DNA from: Calditrichia bacterium
GTDB taxonomy: Bacteria; Calditrichota; Calditrichia; JAJRVZ01
Assembly: GCA_963777955.1 (NCBI GenBank)
Contig: CAVZSQ010000022.1
Coordinates: 320,001-384,000 of the forward strand
Length of the DNA: 64,000 nt
Direction of reading: 5' to 3'
The notes beneath the pieces are model-generated. The model saw only the letters and a program-made list of their open reading frames with translations. It had not been told where the DNA came from and searched no databases. A program made the position numbers and the translations under genes. Positions 53,472-64,000 of the stretch are shown in pieces; the stretch's first letter is position 1, and the number at the start of each line of letters is the position of its first letter.

Positions 53472-55491
53472 TTATCTGATCAGAGTCATTTTCCGGGTAA
53501 AACTCGCCTGATCGTTATGTATCCGGTAAATATATAAACCCGAGGGCAACAATTTCCCCAGATTATTTGTCCCATTCCAGAAAAAAGTCTGATAACCGGC
53601 ATTAAAATTTTTCTGGTCATTATAGACCCGCTGACCTAAAACATTATATATATCAATAAACACCCGCCCCTGCTGGGGCAGGGCAATGGTTATCTGTGTA
53701 CCGGGATTAAAAGGGTTGGGATAGTTTTGCGAAACGGAAAACCTCCCGGGTAATTCCTGTGTAAAATAGCCCAGATAGGCTATAGAGATATTTTTCAATA
53801 CCCAGTTTCCCGGATCTACTATTAATGTATCCGGACGGGCAGGCAGAGTGAATTTGAACTCCTGGTTATTCAGATTATTCATCACATATATAGAAGTATC
53901 AATTCCTGTGCCGTTTAATTGTAAAGTCAAAGGCATCTGATAAAACTCAGCAGCGGGTTGATCAATCTTTATCTTGACCGTATAAGGAATGTCTCCATAT
54001 GTATACCAGGTGACCGAGTACTGCGGCCTTCCTTCACGATAAACCCATTCGCTAAAAAACCAATCCAAATCCTGACCGCTCTCCTGTTCGCAGATGAACT
54101 GGAAATCCTCGGTCAGTGCATTACCGTATTTCCAATCCGGATGATTGGCATAAGTTTTAAGGCTGCTAAAAAACAAGGAATCTCCCAGAACCCCCCGCAA
54201 CATATGCAGTACCCAGGACCCTTTGTCATAAACCGTACTGCTGAATAAAGCGCTGATATCCGTGGTATCGGCCACATACAAACTACCCGGATAATAATCC
54301 CGTTGCTGGGTTTTCATATATGTATGATAAGCCCTGTCTCCGCCCAGGTATTCCTGCCAGAGGGCCTCTGCATACGAAGCAAATCCCTCGTTTAACCAGA
54401 TATGCGACCAGTCTGCGCATGGTGATACAATCTCCAAACCATTGATGAGCCAGTTCATGGGCGTTGATAAAATCGAAAAAATGATTTCCGGTGATTAGTC
54501 CGGCGCCATACGAAGTAATGGTCTGGTGCTCCATGGCACCACCCCAGGGGAAAATTGCCAGGCCATATTTTTCTTTAAGGAAAGGATACTCGCCAAAAAC
54601 AGCCGCAAAGCAGGAAATCATTTCGGCGGTTATCGCCAGGTCCTCTGCTGCCTTGGCTAAATGTTCAGGCCAGACATAAAAATCAACCGGCATGGAATCA
54701 TTGCCGCTGGTTACATACCAGTCGTGCAGGGTCTGGTAATTGCTGATCGCCAGCGAAACCAGATAGGTACTGATAGGATAAACAGTTCGCCAGGTATAGG
54801 TAGTATGGGCAGCGTCCCGCCAGATTACCGATACCAATTTGCCATTGGATACGGCAGTCAGTCCATCCGGCACTGTTATGGAAATATATACCGAATCTGC
54901 TTTATCGGCTGGTATATCCTTGCAGGGCCACCAGGAAGGTGCTCCATAAGGTTCGCTCAAAGTCCAGATCATCGGTGCTGCCGGAGTACCATGATAATCC
55001 CAGCCAAAGGATCCGTAATTACTATATTCGGGATTTCCGTGATAACTTATCGTTATGCTGAACACTTCGCCAACATTCAATGATTGGATTAGAGTTATAC
55101 TGATCAAATCCTGTACCCGGGAATAGTTAAGTGCATTCAGATCCTGGTAGATGGAATCAATCTCTAAATCTGACAATAGGTCGATATCTAACTGACTTAA
55201 TCCGTTGCGCAGACTGCGGCCCTCAATAGTCACCTCACCGCTGAGCATGTTATTCTGCGGATCAAGGTCTATATTTATATTGTAAAAAGTGATATCAAAC
55301 TGACTCTGATTGGTTTGCAGTTGCCGGCTGTAATTATAATACTTGCTGATGAAGCGGTTTTTTTCGTTTTCGATCAGACTCTGACGCGCCAGCGCCTTTT
55401 GCAGTGGGGAATAATCCTGGGCCCGCAGGCATAGAAAAAATGAGAATAGTATAAAGATAAGTTGAAATATCAGGGTATGATTCTTTTTCAT
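53472..55491 (-). CDS. Secreted M1 zinc aminopeptidase with FlgD-Ig-like tail, frameshift near 54412
   Basis: GAMEH, HELAHQWFG, then WLNEGFASY in the next frame, YDKG, NYPNPFNP...RKMTLIR. Confidence 0.9.
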
Positions 55492-55767
55492 GTAAGATTT
55501 ACAATATTCGTTTTAGCTGAAATCTCATTGCCGGTTACTGGTTTCAATCATTCCTCTACATGTATATGCAGATAAGATATATTTAGTTTCATTATAGTTA
55601 TTGAATATAACCAGAAATCAATTCAGCCCCGGGTTCATGATCGTTTAGCCCGGGTGAATTTGTTAAAATATATCTCCATAATCATTATTGCAAAAGTAAT
55701 AATATTTAAATAATTTACAAACTTCATAATTATATTATGTGCATCTAACGACTAGTGGAGGTTGAAA

Positions 55768-57109
55768 ATGTCGCTTTCGCATAAACGGATGGCTATTCTG
55801 GTTGGCGGAGGACCTGCACCCGGTATTAACAGTGTTATCGGTGCTGCCACAATCCGGGCTGTATTATCGGGCGCCGAAGTGATCGGGATTAAAGACGGCT
55901 TTAAATGGATAATGAGCGGGAATATTGAAAATGTTATGCCCTTGACCATAGAGCGAGTCAGCCGTATTCATTTCCGGGGAGGTTCCCTTCTCGGTATTGC
56001 ACGTGATAATCCGACTAAAGATAAAAAAAATCTGGAAAATACCGTGACGTCTTTATTACGTCTGAATGTTGATAAACTGGTCACGATCGGCGGTGATGAT
56101 ACAGCCTATTCGGCATACAAAGTACAGGAAATCGGTGAAAACCGCATCAGTGTGGTGCACGTCCCCAAAACCATCGATAATGATCTGGATCTGCCGCATG
56201 GTATCTGCACCTTCGGTTTTCAAACCGCCCGGCATCTGGGTGTGGACATTATCAAAAATATTATGGTCGATGCTAAAACGACCACCCGCTGGTATTTTGT
56301 AATCACTATGGGCCGCAAAGCCGGTCATCTGGCCCTGGGTATCGGCAAAGCAGCAGGTGCAACTTTGACCCTGATCCCGGAAGAGTTTACTGAAAAGAAG
56401 ATCCGTCTGAATAAAATAGTCGATATCCTGGTCGGCTCCATTATCAAACGTATCAGTTATGGCCGGCCGGATGGAGTTGCTATCATCGCCGAAGGTCTGG
56501 TGGAACATCTGGACGAACAGGATCTGCAGCAACTTGTGGACGTGGAACGTGACGAGCATAATAATATCCGTATCGCCGAGATCAATTTTGGTGAGATTTT
56601 AAAATATAAAGTTCAACAACGCCTGAAGGAATTTGGTCTGAAAATGACGGTGGTGGCCAAAAATATTGGTTACGAATTGCGTTGCGCGGATCCGATTCCT
56701 TTCGATATGGAATATACCCGCGATCTGGGTTTTCTGGCTGCTAAGTTTCTGTTCGATGGCGGCAGCGGCGCTCTGGTATCGATCCAGGGCGGACGCTTTG
56801 TCCCTATGTATTTCAAAGACATCATTGATCCCAAGACGAAAAAAATGAAAGTCCGCATGGTCGATCCGGAATCCGAATCTTATCTCATTGCTAATCGCTA
56901 TATGATCCGCCTGCGTCGCGATGACTTCGATGATCCCCATGAGCTGGCACGCTTCGCAGCAACAGCTGAATCTCTCCCTGCAGGAATTCCATAATCAGTT
57001 CTTCTATGTTGTGGCCGAGGGGAAAGAAGAAATAGCAAAAGGAAATGGCCACGCCCTGCAACGAGCCATGCAAGATGTGGAAGAGAAAGAAGAAAAAAAA
57101 GAAAAATAG
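55768..57109 (+). CDS. pfp: PPi-dependent phosphofructokinase, frameshift near 56970
   Basis: GGGPAPGIN; GGDD and PKTIDND (PPi-type signature); MGR; GYELR; GGAGG RBS. Confidence 0.9.
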
Positions 57110-57220
57110 CCTTAATCATACGTTGAACTCCTGGCTAAGGAAAATTCTGAGCTGGGTCAAATCTGCTGATGAGTGCGGTCTGGATTTTTATGATTCATTT
57201 GTAAACTGATCGTAAACCGT

Positions 57221-57248
57221 GTAGTCGCAGATTCATTTCTGTGGCTGC
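57221..57248 (+). repeat. GTAG-initiated hairpin, REP-like
   Basis: GTAGTCGCAGA-ttcatt-TCTGTGGCTGC, pairing with G-T wobbles. Confidence 0.45.
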
Positions 57249-57261
57249 CAGTGCTGTTTTC

Positions 57262-57858
57262 ATGATTGCAAGCGTAATCCTCAGTGCCGGTGCTTCCGTA
57301 CGCATGGGCACAGCCAAAGCGAATCTAAAGATCGGTAATACTACCTTCATCAATTCTATTCTGACCAAACTCCATTCCTGCGGAACTGCCGATATTTATA
57401 TTGTCACCGGATACCATCACCGGCAGATTTCACAAGCGCTGGATAGTACTAATCTCTGTAAAATACTTCATAATACCAATGCAGAACAGGGCCAGTTATC
57501 TTCCCTGCAACTGGCTATCCGCAATTTTGATCAGCAGATCACAGGCATGCTGGTGGCTTTAGTTGATCATCCCCTGGTGCGGGAAGATACCTACCGGGCA
57601 TTATTAAAATCAGCCCGGATGAATCCCCAGGCAATCATCATCCCGGTCCATCAGCAACAGCGCGGGCACCCGGTCTATTTCGGCAGAAAATTTTTCCAGG
57701 CTTTGCTGGAAACTCCGCTGACCCTGGGAGCACGCGAGGTAATTAAAAAAAATATTCAATCCGTTTATTCTCTGCCGGTATCCGATCCGGGCATCGTACA
57801 GGATATCGATACCCCGGACGATCTGATTAAATACCGTGGGGATTTAGCTGTATCATAA
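57262..57858 (+). CDS. mocA: Molybdenum cofactor cytidylyltransferase (MocA-like)
   Basis: ILSAGASVRMG..K, GQLSSL, DHP, GHPV.F, DIDTPDD; located in an Xdh-family operon. Confidence 0.85.
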   Translation: MIASVILSAGASVRMGTAKANLKIGNTTFINSILTKLHSCGTADIYIVTGYHHRQISQALDSTNLCKILHNTNAEQGQLSSLQLAIRNFDQQITGMLVALVDHPLVREDTYRALLKSARMNPQAIIIPVHQQQRGHPVYFGRKFFQALLETPLTLGAREVIKKNIQSVYSLPVSDPGIVQDIDTPDDLIKYRGDLAVS

Positions 57859-57895
57859 AGGTACAGGATGTGTGGATAAATGCGGGAATGCACAA

Positions 57896-58666
57896 ATGAA
57901 TGAGATATATGTAAAGTTATTGGAATTGATCGAACAGCGTAAACCGGCAGCACTGGTAACGGTGATCGCTACCACGGGATCCACCCCGCGGGAAACCGGG
58001 ACAAAAATGCTGGTCAGGCCGGATGGCAGCAGTTATGGAACCGTTGGCGGTTCATCCGTCGAAGCGAAGATCATAGCCGCAGCCATAATATCTCTGCGCG
58101 AAGGTAAGTGCCTGAAGATTTCACACAATCTGGATGATGCGGTTCAGCATGATACGGGAATGATCTGCGGGGGGACCATGGAATTCTTCATCGAACCGGT
58201 CAATACAGCTCCTCTGCTGTACATCTTTGGTGCCGGACATGTCGCTCTGCCACTGGCCCGGCTGGCCAGCCAGGTAGGATTTGATTATATAATTATAGAA
58301 GACCGGCCTGAGTTTGCCACCCGTGAGCGGTTTCCCGAGGCCCGGGAACTACTCATAGCTAAACCGGATGAACTGGCCGGGCAGATTAATTTTTCGAGCA
58401 ACGATTATATTGCAATTGTCAGCCGCAGTCACGAGATTGATTTTCAGGTATTGCGCCGGGTCATTAACAAGCCATTTCATTACCTGGGCCTGATCGGCAG
58501 CAAAAAGAAACGGCAACAGATATTTGACCGCCTGCGGGATGACGGTGTCTCTGCAGAGCAGATCAATACTATCCACACCCCCATTGGCCTGGAAATCGGC
58601 GCAGAATCACCGCAGGAGATCGCTGTCAGTATTGTGGCTGAGCTGATTAAAATAAAGAATACTTAA
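57896..58666 (+). CDS. xdhC: XdhC/CoxI-family Moco maturation factor
   Basis: GSTPR..G.KM, GMICGG, FGAGHV, YLGLIGSKKK, PIGL.IGA.SP.EIAVSI. Confidence 0.9.
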   Translation: MNEIYVKLLELIEQRKPAALVTVIATTGSTPRETGTKMLVRPDGSSYGTVGGSSVEAKIIAAAIISLREGKCLKISHNLDDAVQHDTGMICGGTMEFFIEPVNTAPLLYIFGAGHVALPLARLASQVGFDYIIIEDRPEFATRERFPEARELLIAKPDELAGQINFSSNDYIAIVSRSHEIDFQVLRRVINKPFHYLGLIGSKKKRQQIFDRLRDDGVSAEQINTIHTPIGLEIGAESPQEIAVSIVAELIKIKNT

Positions 58667-58689
58667 AAACAGGCAAGGAAGGTACTCTT

Positions 58690-59223
58690 ATGCTAAGACC
58701 GGAGATAGGCGAATATTCTCCTAATTATTTACAGTATATTAGACTGCTGCCTGACGGTGATATTTTAGAAATTCTTGAACAGCAGGGCAGAACGACCTTT
58801 GAACTTTTCAATAATTTAAGCGAGAAGAATGCGCTGTACCGCTATGATCCGGATAAATGGTGTATCAAGGAGATCATGCAACATTTAATCGATAGCGAAA
58901 GGGTCTTTACTTACCGAGCTCTGCGCATATCCCGGGCTGATACAGCACCCCTGCCCTCGTTCGACCAGGATGAATTTATCAGGAATTCAAATGTGCTGCA
59001 GCGCCTGCTCACTGATCTGGCCAATGAATACCAGTCGGTACGCCATGCCTCGCTGACCTTCTTCCGTGCGCTGGACGAAGAAATGACCCTGCGCGTGGGT
59101 ACAGCCAGCGGTAATCTGCTGACTGTAAGATCTATTCCCTGTATCATTGCCGGTCATGAACTTCATCATAACAATGTAGTCAGGGAAAAATATTTTAAAA
59201 TACTACCAGCGCAGCAAACGTAA
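58690..59223 (+). CDS. DinB-family protein
   Basis: RY.PDKW.IKE...H..D.ER.F.YRALR...GHELHH (His triad). Confidence 0.85.
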   Translation: MLRPEIGEYSPNYLQYIRLLPDGDILEILEQQGRTTFELFNNLSEKNALYRYDPDKWCIKEIMQHLIDSERVFTYRALRISRADTAPLPSFDQDEFIRNSNVLQRLLTDLANEYQSVRHASLTFFRALDEEMTLRVGTASGNLLTVRSIPCIIAGHELHHNNVVREKYFKILPAQQT

Positions 59224-59277
59224 AACCCAGGGTGTAATTTTACCTGAACCTGTACAATTATAAAACCGGAGTGTTCT

Positions 59278-59929
59278 ATGCGTAATAAGCTGAAAGGGAA
59301 AAAGGGAAAAACCGGATCGGCCGTAATGAATCGGCGTAATTTTTTAAAAAGTATAGGTGTATCTTCAGTAAGTCTGGCTGCCCTGGAAGGCGAGGGATTG
59401 GTCGGCAAATTAAAAGCCAGCGGCTTAGTTCCGCAGGAACGTATTCTGGGGCCGGATCGGATCCAGGCCAGATTTCTGATCAACGGCGGGGAAAAAATAG
59501 TGGAAATCGAGCCGCAGACTGATGCTGGTCGATGTGATCCGCGATCATTTGCAGCTGACCGGAACTAAAATCGGCTGTAACCGTGGAGCCTGCGGGGCCT
59601 GTACGGTCATTCTAAACGGCCGGACGGTTAATTCCTGCCTGGTTTTTGCGGTTGACGCCATAGATGTACCGATTCAGACTATTGAGGAAATATCAGCTGA
59701 CCATCCGGATAAATTATTAGACCGCTTGCAAGCTGCCTTCATCGAACATGATGCCATGCAATGTGGATTTTGTACCAGCGGTATGTTGATGAGTTGCCGG
59801 GATTTGCTGATTCATAATCCGGCACCCACTGAACAGGAGATAAAGCTGGCGGTCAGCGGAAATCTATGCCGCTGTGCCACCTACCCGAATGTCATTAAAG
59901 CTGTTAAATCAGTTGAACAATATATCTGA
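59278..59929 (+). CDS. 2Fe-2S subunit of a PaoABC-like molybdoenzyme with Tat signal, frameshift near 59520
   Basis: MNRRNFLK Tat motif; GC.RGACGACTV...NSC and QCGFC...NLCRC. Confidence 0.9.
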
Positions 59930-59939
59930 GGAGAAAAAC

Positions 59940-62210
59940 ATGTCCAAAAAGGTCAAATTAAAAGTCGGGCTGGAGACAAATCCTCAGCAAATAGAAATTG
60001 AAATACCTGAAGCGGATCCGCGTCCCTGGGATTTAACCGATAAATTGAAATGGATTGGTTCACGTGTACCCCGTATCGACGGACACTTAAAAACCAGCGG
60101 CCGGGCTAAATATACTTATGATATTCAATTACCCGGGATGTTATTTGCCAGAATTCTGCGTTCGCCATACCCTGCTGCCGTGGTAAAAAGTATTGATGTC
60201 TCGGCCGCAGAAAAATATCCGGGCGTCCGGGCCGTAGCCCGAGTACAGGATGATCTTCCGCTGGTGCTGCGTTTTGCCGGCCAGGAAATTCTGGCGGTGG
60301 CCGCCGATACAGCGCAGCAGGCTCAACAGGCACTAAAATTAGTGGAGATCGAATTTGAGATAAAACCGTTCGTTGTCGACCTGGATAAAGCCAGGCAAAG
60401 CGATGCACCCCTGGTTCACGAAAAAGAAGATGACAGGCAACTGACCAGCAATATCCGGCCGGCTGATATTAATCCCCGTGATGTTGTCCTAGAAGATGTG
60501 GACCGGATCATCGATGCTTCTGCTGCCGTCGTAGAAGCCACTTACCGTACCCAGGTGCAAACCCATTGCTGCCTGGAAACGCATGGATTAGTTGCTAAAT
60601 GGGATGAAGATAATATGATCACTGTCTGGATGTCCAGCCAGGCGACTTTTGCCTGCCGGGATAATATTGCCGAGTATTTCCATATCCCCAAAGCAAATAT
60701 ACGCGTGATTACCGAATTTATGGGGGGAGGATTTGGCTCCAAATTGTGGGCCTGGCCGGAAACTTATTTAGCCCTGAAACTGGCCAGAATAACTCACCGG
60801 CCGGTTCGCCTCATGCTGGAACGGAAAGAGGAACATCTTGCTACCGGTAACCGCCCCAATTCGGTCCAGACCCTGAAGGCAAGTGCAGGCCAGGATGGCA
60901 AAATTAGCGGCATCAAACTGATATCATACGGCAGTGCCGGTGTGGGTACCGATGCCGGCACCAGCGGACCTGCCAGATTTATCTATGATTGTGATAATAT
61001 TTATACTTCGGACTCGGATGTGTATATCAATGCCGGACCTGGCGCACCCATGCGTGCCCCGGGTCATCCCACCGGTGTTTTTGCTCTCGAACAGATCATC
61101 GATGAACTGGCTTACCGTTTGAAAATGGATCCGTTGGAATTCCGCCGGATCAATACACTTTCCGATGAAGTCCGGCAAATGGAATACAATATTGGTGCTG
61201 AAAAAATAGGCTGGTCCGGGCGTAATCCCATTCCGGGCGCCGGGAAAGGACCAATTAAACATGGGCTGGGAGTGGCTAATTCGCTGTGGTATTACAATAC
61301 TGAGACTGGTTTTGATGTGGCTTTGCAGATTTATAGTGATGGATCCGTGCTGCTGAAAAATGGAGTTCAGGATATCGGCGGTGGAACCTACACGGTCCTG
61401 GCCGCAGTTGTGGCTGAAGAATTGTCACTGCAACCTGCTGACATCATGGTCAGGATCGGTGATACCAATCTGGGTCTGGGGCCTGCCTCCGGCGGCAGTC
61501 AGACCGTGGCCAGCATCAGTCCGGCAGCCCGCAATGCTGCTTATACAGCCAAAATGCGTTTATTGAATATCGCTGCCGGCGCTCTGGAAGTGAAACCGGA
61601 AGAGTTGGTAATGGCCAGGGGGATTATTTCCGTGCCGGACAGACCGGATAAGAAATTATCCTGGGCGGAACTGACCGCAAAAATTCCGGGCGGGCAGTTT
61701 ACCGTTTATAGTGAACGCGCGCCAGATTACATTCCCATGAAACGCTGGAAAATAGCCGGTGTCCAATTCGCCGAAGTGGAAGTGGATGCGGAAACCGGGG
61801 TGGTACAGGTCAAACGGGTAGTAGCCGTTCATGATTGCGGCAAACCTATCGATCGTCTGACCATAGAGAATCAGATCCAGGGTGGGATCATACAGGGAAT
61901 CAGTTATGCACTTTTTGAGAACCGCATTCTGGATCGAAATACCGGAATAATGGTCAATCCGAATTTGGAACAGTATAAAATAGCCGGATCGCTTGATACA
62001 CCTCAGATCGAAACATATCTTGTGGAATATCCAGCAGGCCAGAGCAGTACCGGTGCAGTGGGCATCGGTGAACCTGCCACAATTCCCACGGCAGGTGCTG
62101 TGGCCAACGCGGTGTATCATGCCCTGGGTGTCCGGATCCGGGAATTGCCCATGACGCCGGCAAGAATACTCGCTGCCCTTGAATCAGTAAAAGGAGGGCC
62201 TGATGAATAA
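59940..62210 (+). CDS. Molybdopterin-binding large subunit (PaoC/YagR-like)
   Basis: MGGGFGSK, PMRAPG, SGGSQT, GIGEP (catalytic Glu), RIRELPMTP; GAGGAG RBS before ATG 59940. Confidence 0.92.
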   Translation: MSKKVKLKVGLETNPQQIEIEIPEADPRPWDLTDKLKWIGSRVPRIDGHLKTSGRAKYTYDIQLPGMLFARILRSPYPAAVVKSIDVSAAEKYPGVRAVARVQDDLPLVLRFAGQEILAVAADTAQQAQQALKLVEIEFEIKPFVVDLDKARQSDAPLVHEKEDDRQLTSNIRPADINPRDVVLEDVDRIIDASAAVVEATYRTQVQTHCCLETHGLVAKWDEDNMITVWMSSQATFACRDNIAEYFHIPKANIRVITEFMGGGFGSKLWAWPETYLALKLARITHRPVRLMLERKEEHLATGNRPNSVQTLKASAGQDGKISGIKLISYGSAGVGTDAGTSGPARFIYDCDNIYTSDSDVYINAGPGAPMRAPGHPTGVFALEQIIDELAYRLKMDPLEFRRINTLSDEVRQMEYNIGAEKIGWSGRNPIPGAGKGPIKHGLGVANSLWYYNTETGFDVALQIYSDGSVLLKNGVQDIGGGTYTVLAAVVAEELSLQPADIMVRIGDTNLGLGPASGGSQTVASISPAARNAAYTAKMRLLNIAAGALEVKPEELVMARGIISVPDRPDKKLSWAELTAKIPGGQFTVYSERAPDYIPMKRWKIAGVQFAEVEVDAETGVVQVKRVVAVHDCGKPIDRLTIENQIQGGIIQGISYALFENRILDRNTGIMVNPNLEQYKIAGSLDTPQIETYLVEYPAGQSSTGAVGIGEPATIPTAGAVANAVYHALGVRIRELPMTPARILAALESVKGGPDE

Positions 62211-63193
62211 TTTTGAATATGCTCTGCCCACCAGCATCGCTGAAGTTTTCCAGTATTTGAATTCGGCTTCAGCTATAATCAAGGCCGGCGGAGTAGATAT
62301 AATTGATCTGATGAAGGAAGAACTCATTGCGCCCAAACGCCTGGTTAATATTCGTACGCTCCCCGAATTGCTTATTGTCAAAGAAGATGCCAAGCGCGGG
62401 CTGCTGCTGGGACCCAATGTCATTCTGGCCGATCTGGCTGCACATCCGCTGATCCGTAATTCCTACCACGCTCTGGCTCAGGCTGCGGCGGATGTGGCCA
62501 CCCCGCAAATACGCAATATAGCCACACTGGGTGGAAATTTATGCCAGCGCCCCCGCTGCTGGTACTTCCGCAATATGCAATTTCCCTGTGCCCGCAAAGG
62601 GGGAAATACCTGCTATTCCCTGGACGGTGAAAATCAGTATCATGCCATCTTCGCTAACGCCGACGGTTGCGCGATTGTTCACCCCTCCGGCACTGCAGTG
62701 GCACTTATGGCCCTGGACGCCCGCCTGCAAATCGAAAACGGTCGTGACCCGCAGTAGGGTAGTATCTATCGAGAACTTTTTTATTACACCGGCTCAGGAT
62801 ATAACCCGGGAAAATATTTTAAAACAGGGCGAGCTGATCACGGAAATCAATATTCCGCTTGTTATTAAGAAATATAAAAGTTACTATTTCAAACTGAAGG
62901 AAAAACAGTCCTTCGATTGGGCCATCGCCGAAGTGGCTGTGGCGCTGCAACTCAATGGTAAACGCTGTCGTGATGCACGCATTGTTTTGGGGTCGGCCGC
63001 TCCGGTACCCTGGCGGGTTAAACCGGCTGAAGACATATTAAAGGAGACAACCATTAATAAGACTTCGGCCCGCCAGGCTGCCGAAACCGCCGTGCAGGGC
63101 GCCGAACCTCTGGAATTGAACAGATATAAAATCCGGGTTTTCAAAGCGGTCATATACCGTACGATCTGCCGGACAGCCGGGATAGAGCCATAG
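62203..63193 (+). CDS. FAD-binding subunit (PaoB/YagS-like) with Fe-S cysteine insert, frameshift near 62750
   Basis: KAGG.D, QIRNIATLGGNLCQRPRCWYFR...C.RKGG..C; second frame DARIVLG.AAPVPWR. Confidence 0.9.
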
Positions 63194-63215
63194 TAAACTT
63201 AAACTTAAATTTTGG

Positions 63216-63431
63216 ATGGGTATGAAAAATAAAAAAAAGCAATGTCAGTTTTTCCGATTTGAAGAAACCCCCCAGCAGGGTAAAATAACCCGCGAATTCT
63301 GGCAGAAACGGGTCCTCACTACTAAAAATAGTTGGTGTGCGACTACGATGAAAGTGTTCGGTCCGGATAATTATCCGGTTCTGGCCAACAGATGTATTCC
63401 GGGTCGCAGTTGCTTTAAAGCCCCGGAGTGA
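63216..63431 (+). CDS. Small four-cysteine protein closing the Mo-enzyme operon
   Basis: CQFFR...WCATTMKVFGPD..PV....C.PGRSCF; begins 22 bp after the FAD subunit gene. Confidence 0.6.
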   Translation: MGMKNKKKQCQFFRFEETPQQGKITREFWQKRVLTTKNSWCATTMKVFGPDNYPVLANRCIPGRSCFKAPE

Positions 63432-63456
63432 TGAGTTTAGATTTCTTGGTGCAGCG

Positions 63457-64000
63457 CTATTGTGCCCGTGATGGCCACAATATTAATTTTTTACCGTTCT
63501 GCTCAAAGCCCAGTTTGATAAATTCACCAGCCAAATAATAGCCGGCAGCGGAATCGGAATTTATATTTTCGATCTCGATCCGTTTGCGCGGTCTTAATCC
63601 GGCCGGCAGTAATAGCCAGTTCTTTAAATGCTGCACCAGTGCGGGCAATATCTCGGCATAAAAACCATCCAGCATAACCAGGCGGGCGGCATAGTTTTCC
63701 AGATAAACCAGCGGCCGGCCTGAACTGAAAAGTAGATGATTGCCGGCAATTCGCGTTACAGCAACTTTTTCTTTCTTTTGATCGTAAATATTCCACTCAA
63801 TATTCCGGCCGAATGGCAAAGCCGGATCCATGGTACTCAATAAGACAGCAGGTATGGATTGCAGATCCTTATTAACAATTTTTTCCAGCAGGGCAACGGC
63901 CCGGGGCAGGGCATATTGTATTCCGGATAAACCTTCGATAAAATATCCACGCAGTATTTCGCCCCGCCATTCCAGTTTTTTTAACATCTGGAAAATCTTG
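63457..64000 (-). CDS. lhr: C-terminal end of an Lhr-like helicase (start outside window)
   Basis: LEWRGEILRGYFIEGLSGIQYALP and ST.DPA motifs typical of the Lhr C-terminal domain. Confidence 0.7.
   Translation of the reverse strand, partial: KIFQMLKKLEWRGEILRGYFIEGLSGIQYALPRAVALLEKIVNKDLQSIPAVLLSTMDPALPFGRNIEWNIYDQKKEKVAVTRIAGNHLLFSSGRPLVYLENYAARLVMLDGFYAEILPALVQHLKNWLLLPAGLRPRKRIEIENINSDSAAGYYLAGEFIKLGFEQNGKKLILWPSRAQ

Noticed and set aside
55620..55660. Imperfect inverted repeat AATTCAGCCCCGGG...CCCGGGTGAATT
   Set aside because: Single copy in a divergent promoter region with no assignable function.
57110..57240. Moco riboswitch or hammerhead (CTGATGAG) upstream of mocA
   Set aside because: No matching GAAA core or convincing stems by eye; an Infernal/Rfam search would be needed.

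Overview
Bacterial chromosomal window of mostly housekeeping and accessory metabolic genes. Two secreted enzymes end in NYPNPFNP...RKMxLxR Ig-like domains, suggesting a Calditrichota/FCB-like organism (inference). In order: TRAP dctQM, nadE, a methyltransferase, an MFS gene preceded by two gene fragments, OmpA and DUF4139 genes, recQ, a menaquinone cluster (menG-F-D-H-B-A-E, no menC), GH2 beta-glucuronidase, rmuC, an S8 protease, hsp20, acs, DUF47-pit, copZA, purC, a minus-strand block at 39.0-48.0 kb, kgd-type sucA, a RAYT transposase, M1 peptidase-rhodanese-DoxX, PPi-PFK, a Tat-exported PaoABC-like molybdoenzyme operon and the 3' end of lhr. About 13 genes are split by single-base indels, most likely assembly errors. 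The strongest leads are: (1) a RAYT flanked by an untagged REP doublet (CACCTCCGAGGTT-N5-AACCTCGGAGGTG) whose other two copies bracket recQ and which supplies the 3' ends of four genes; (2) a Cyc2-like cytochrome-porin paired with a pentaheme cytochrome; (3) an adjacent sigma54 two-component system with readable promoters (-24/-12, IHF-like site, tandem activator sites) upstream of two secreted DxDGDG-repeat proteins and a beta-barrel. No rRNA, tRNA or CRISPR array was seen. All calls are by motif recognition; no searches were run.
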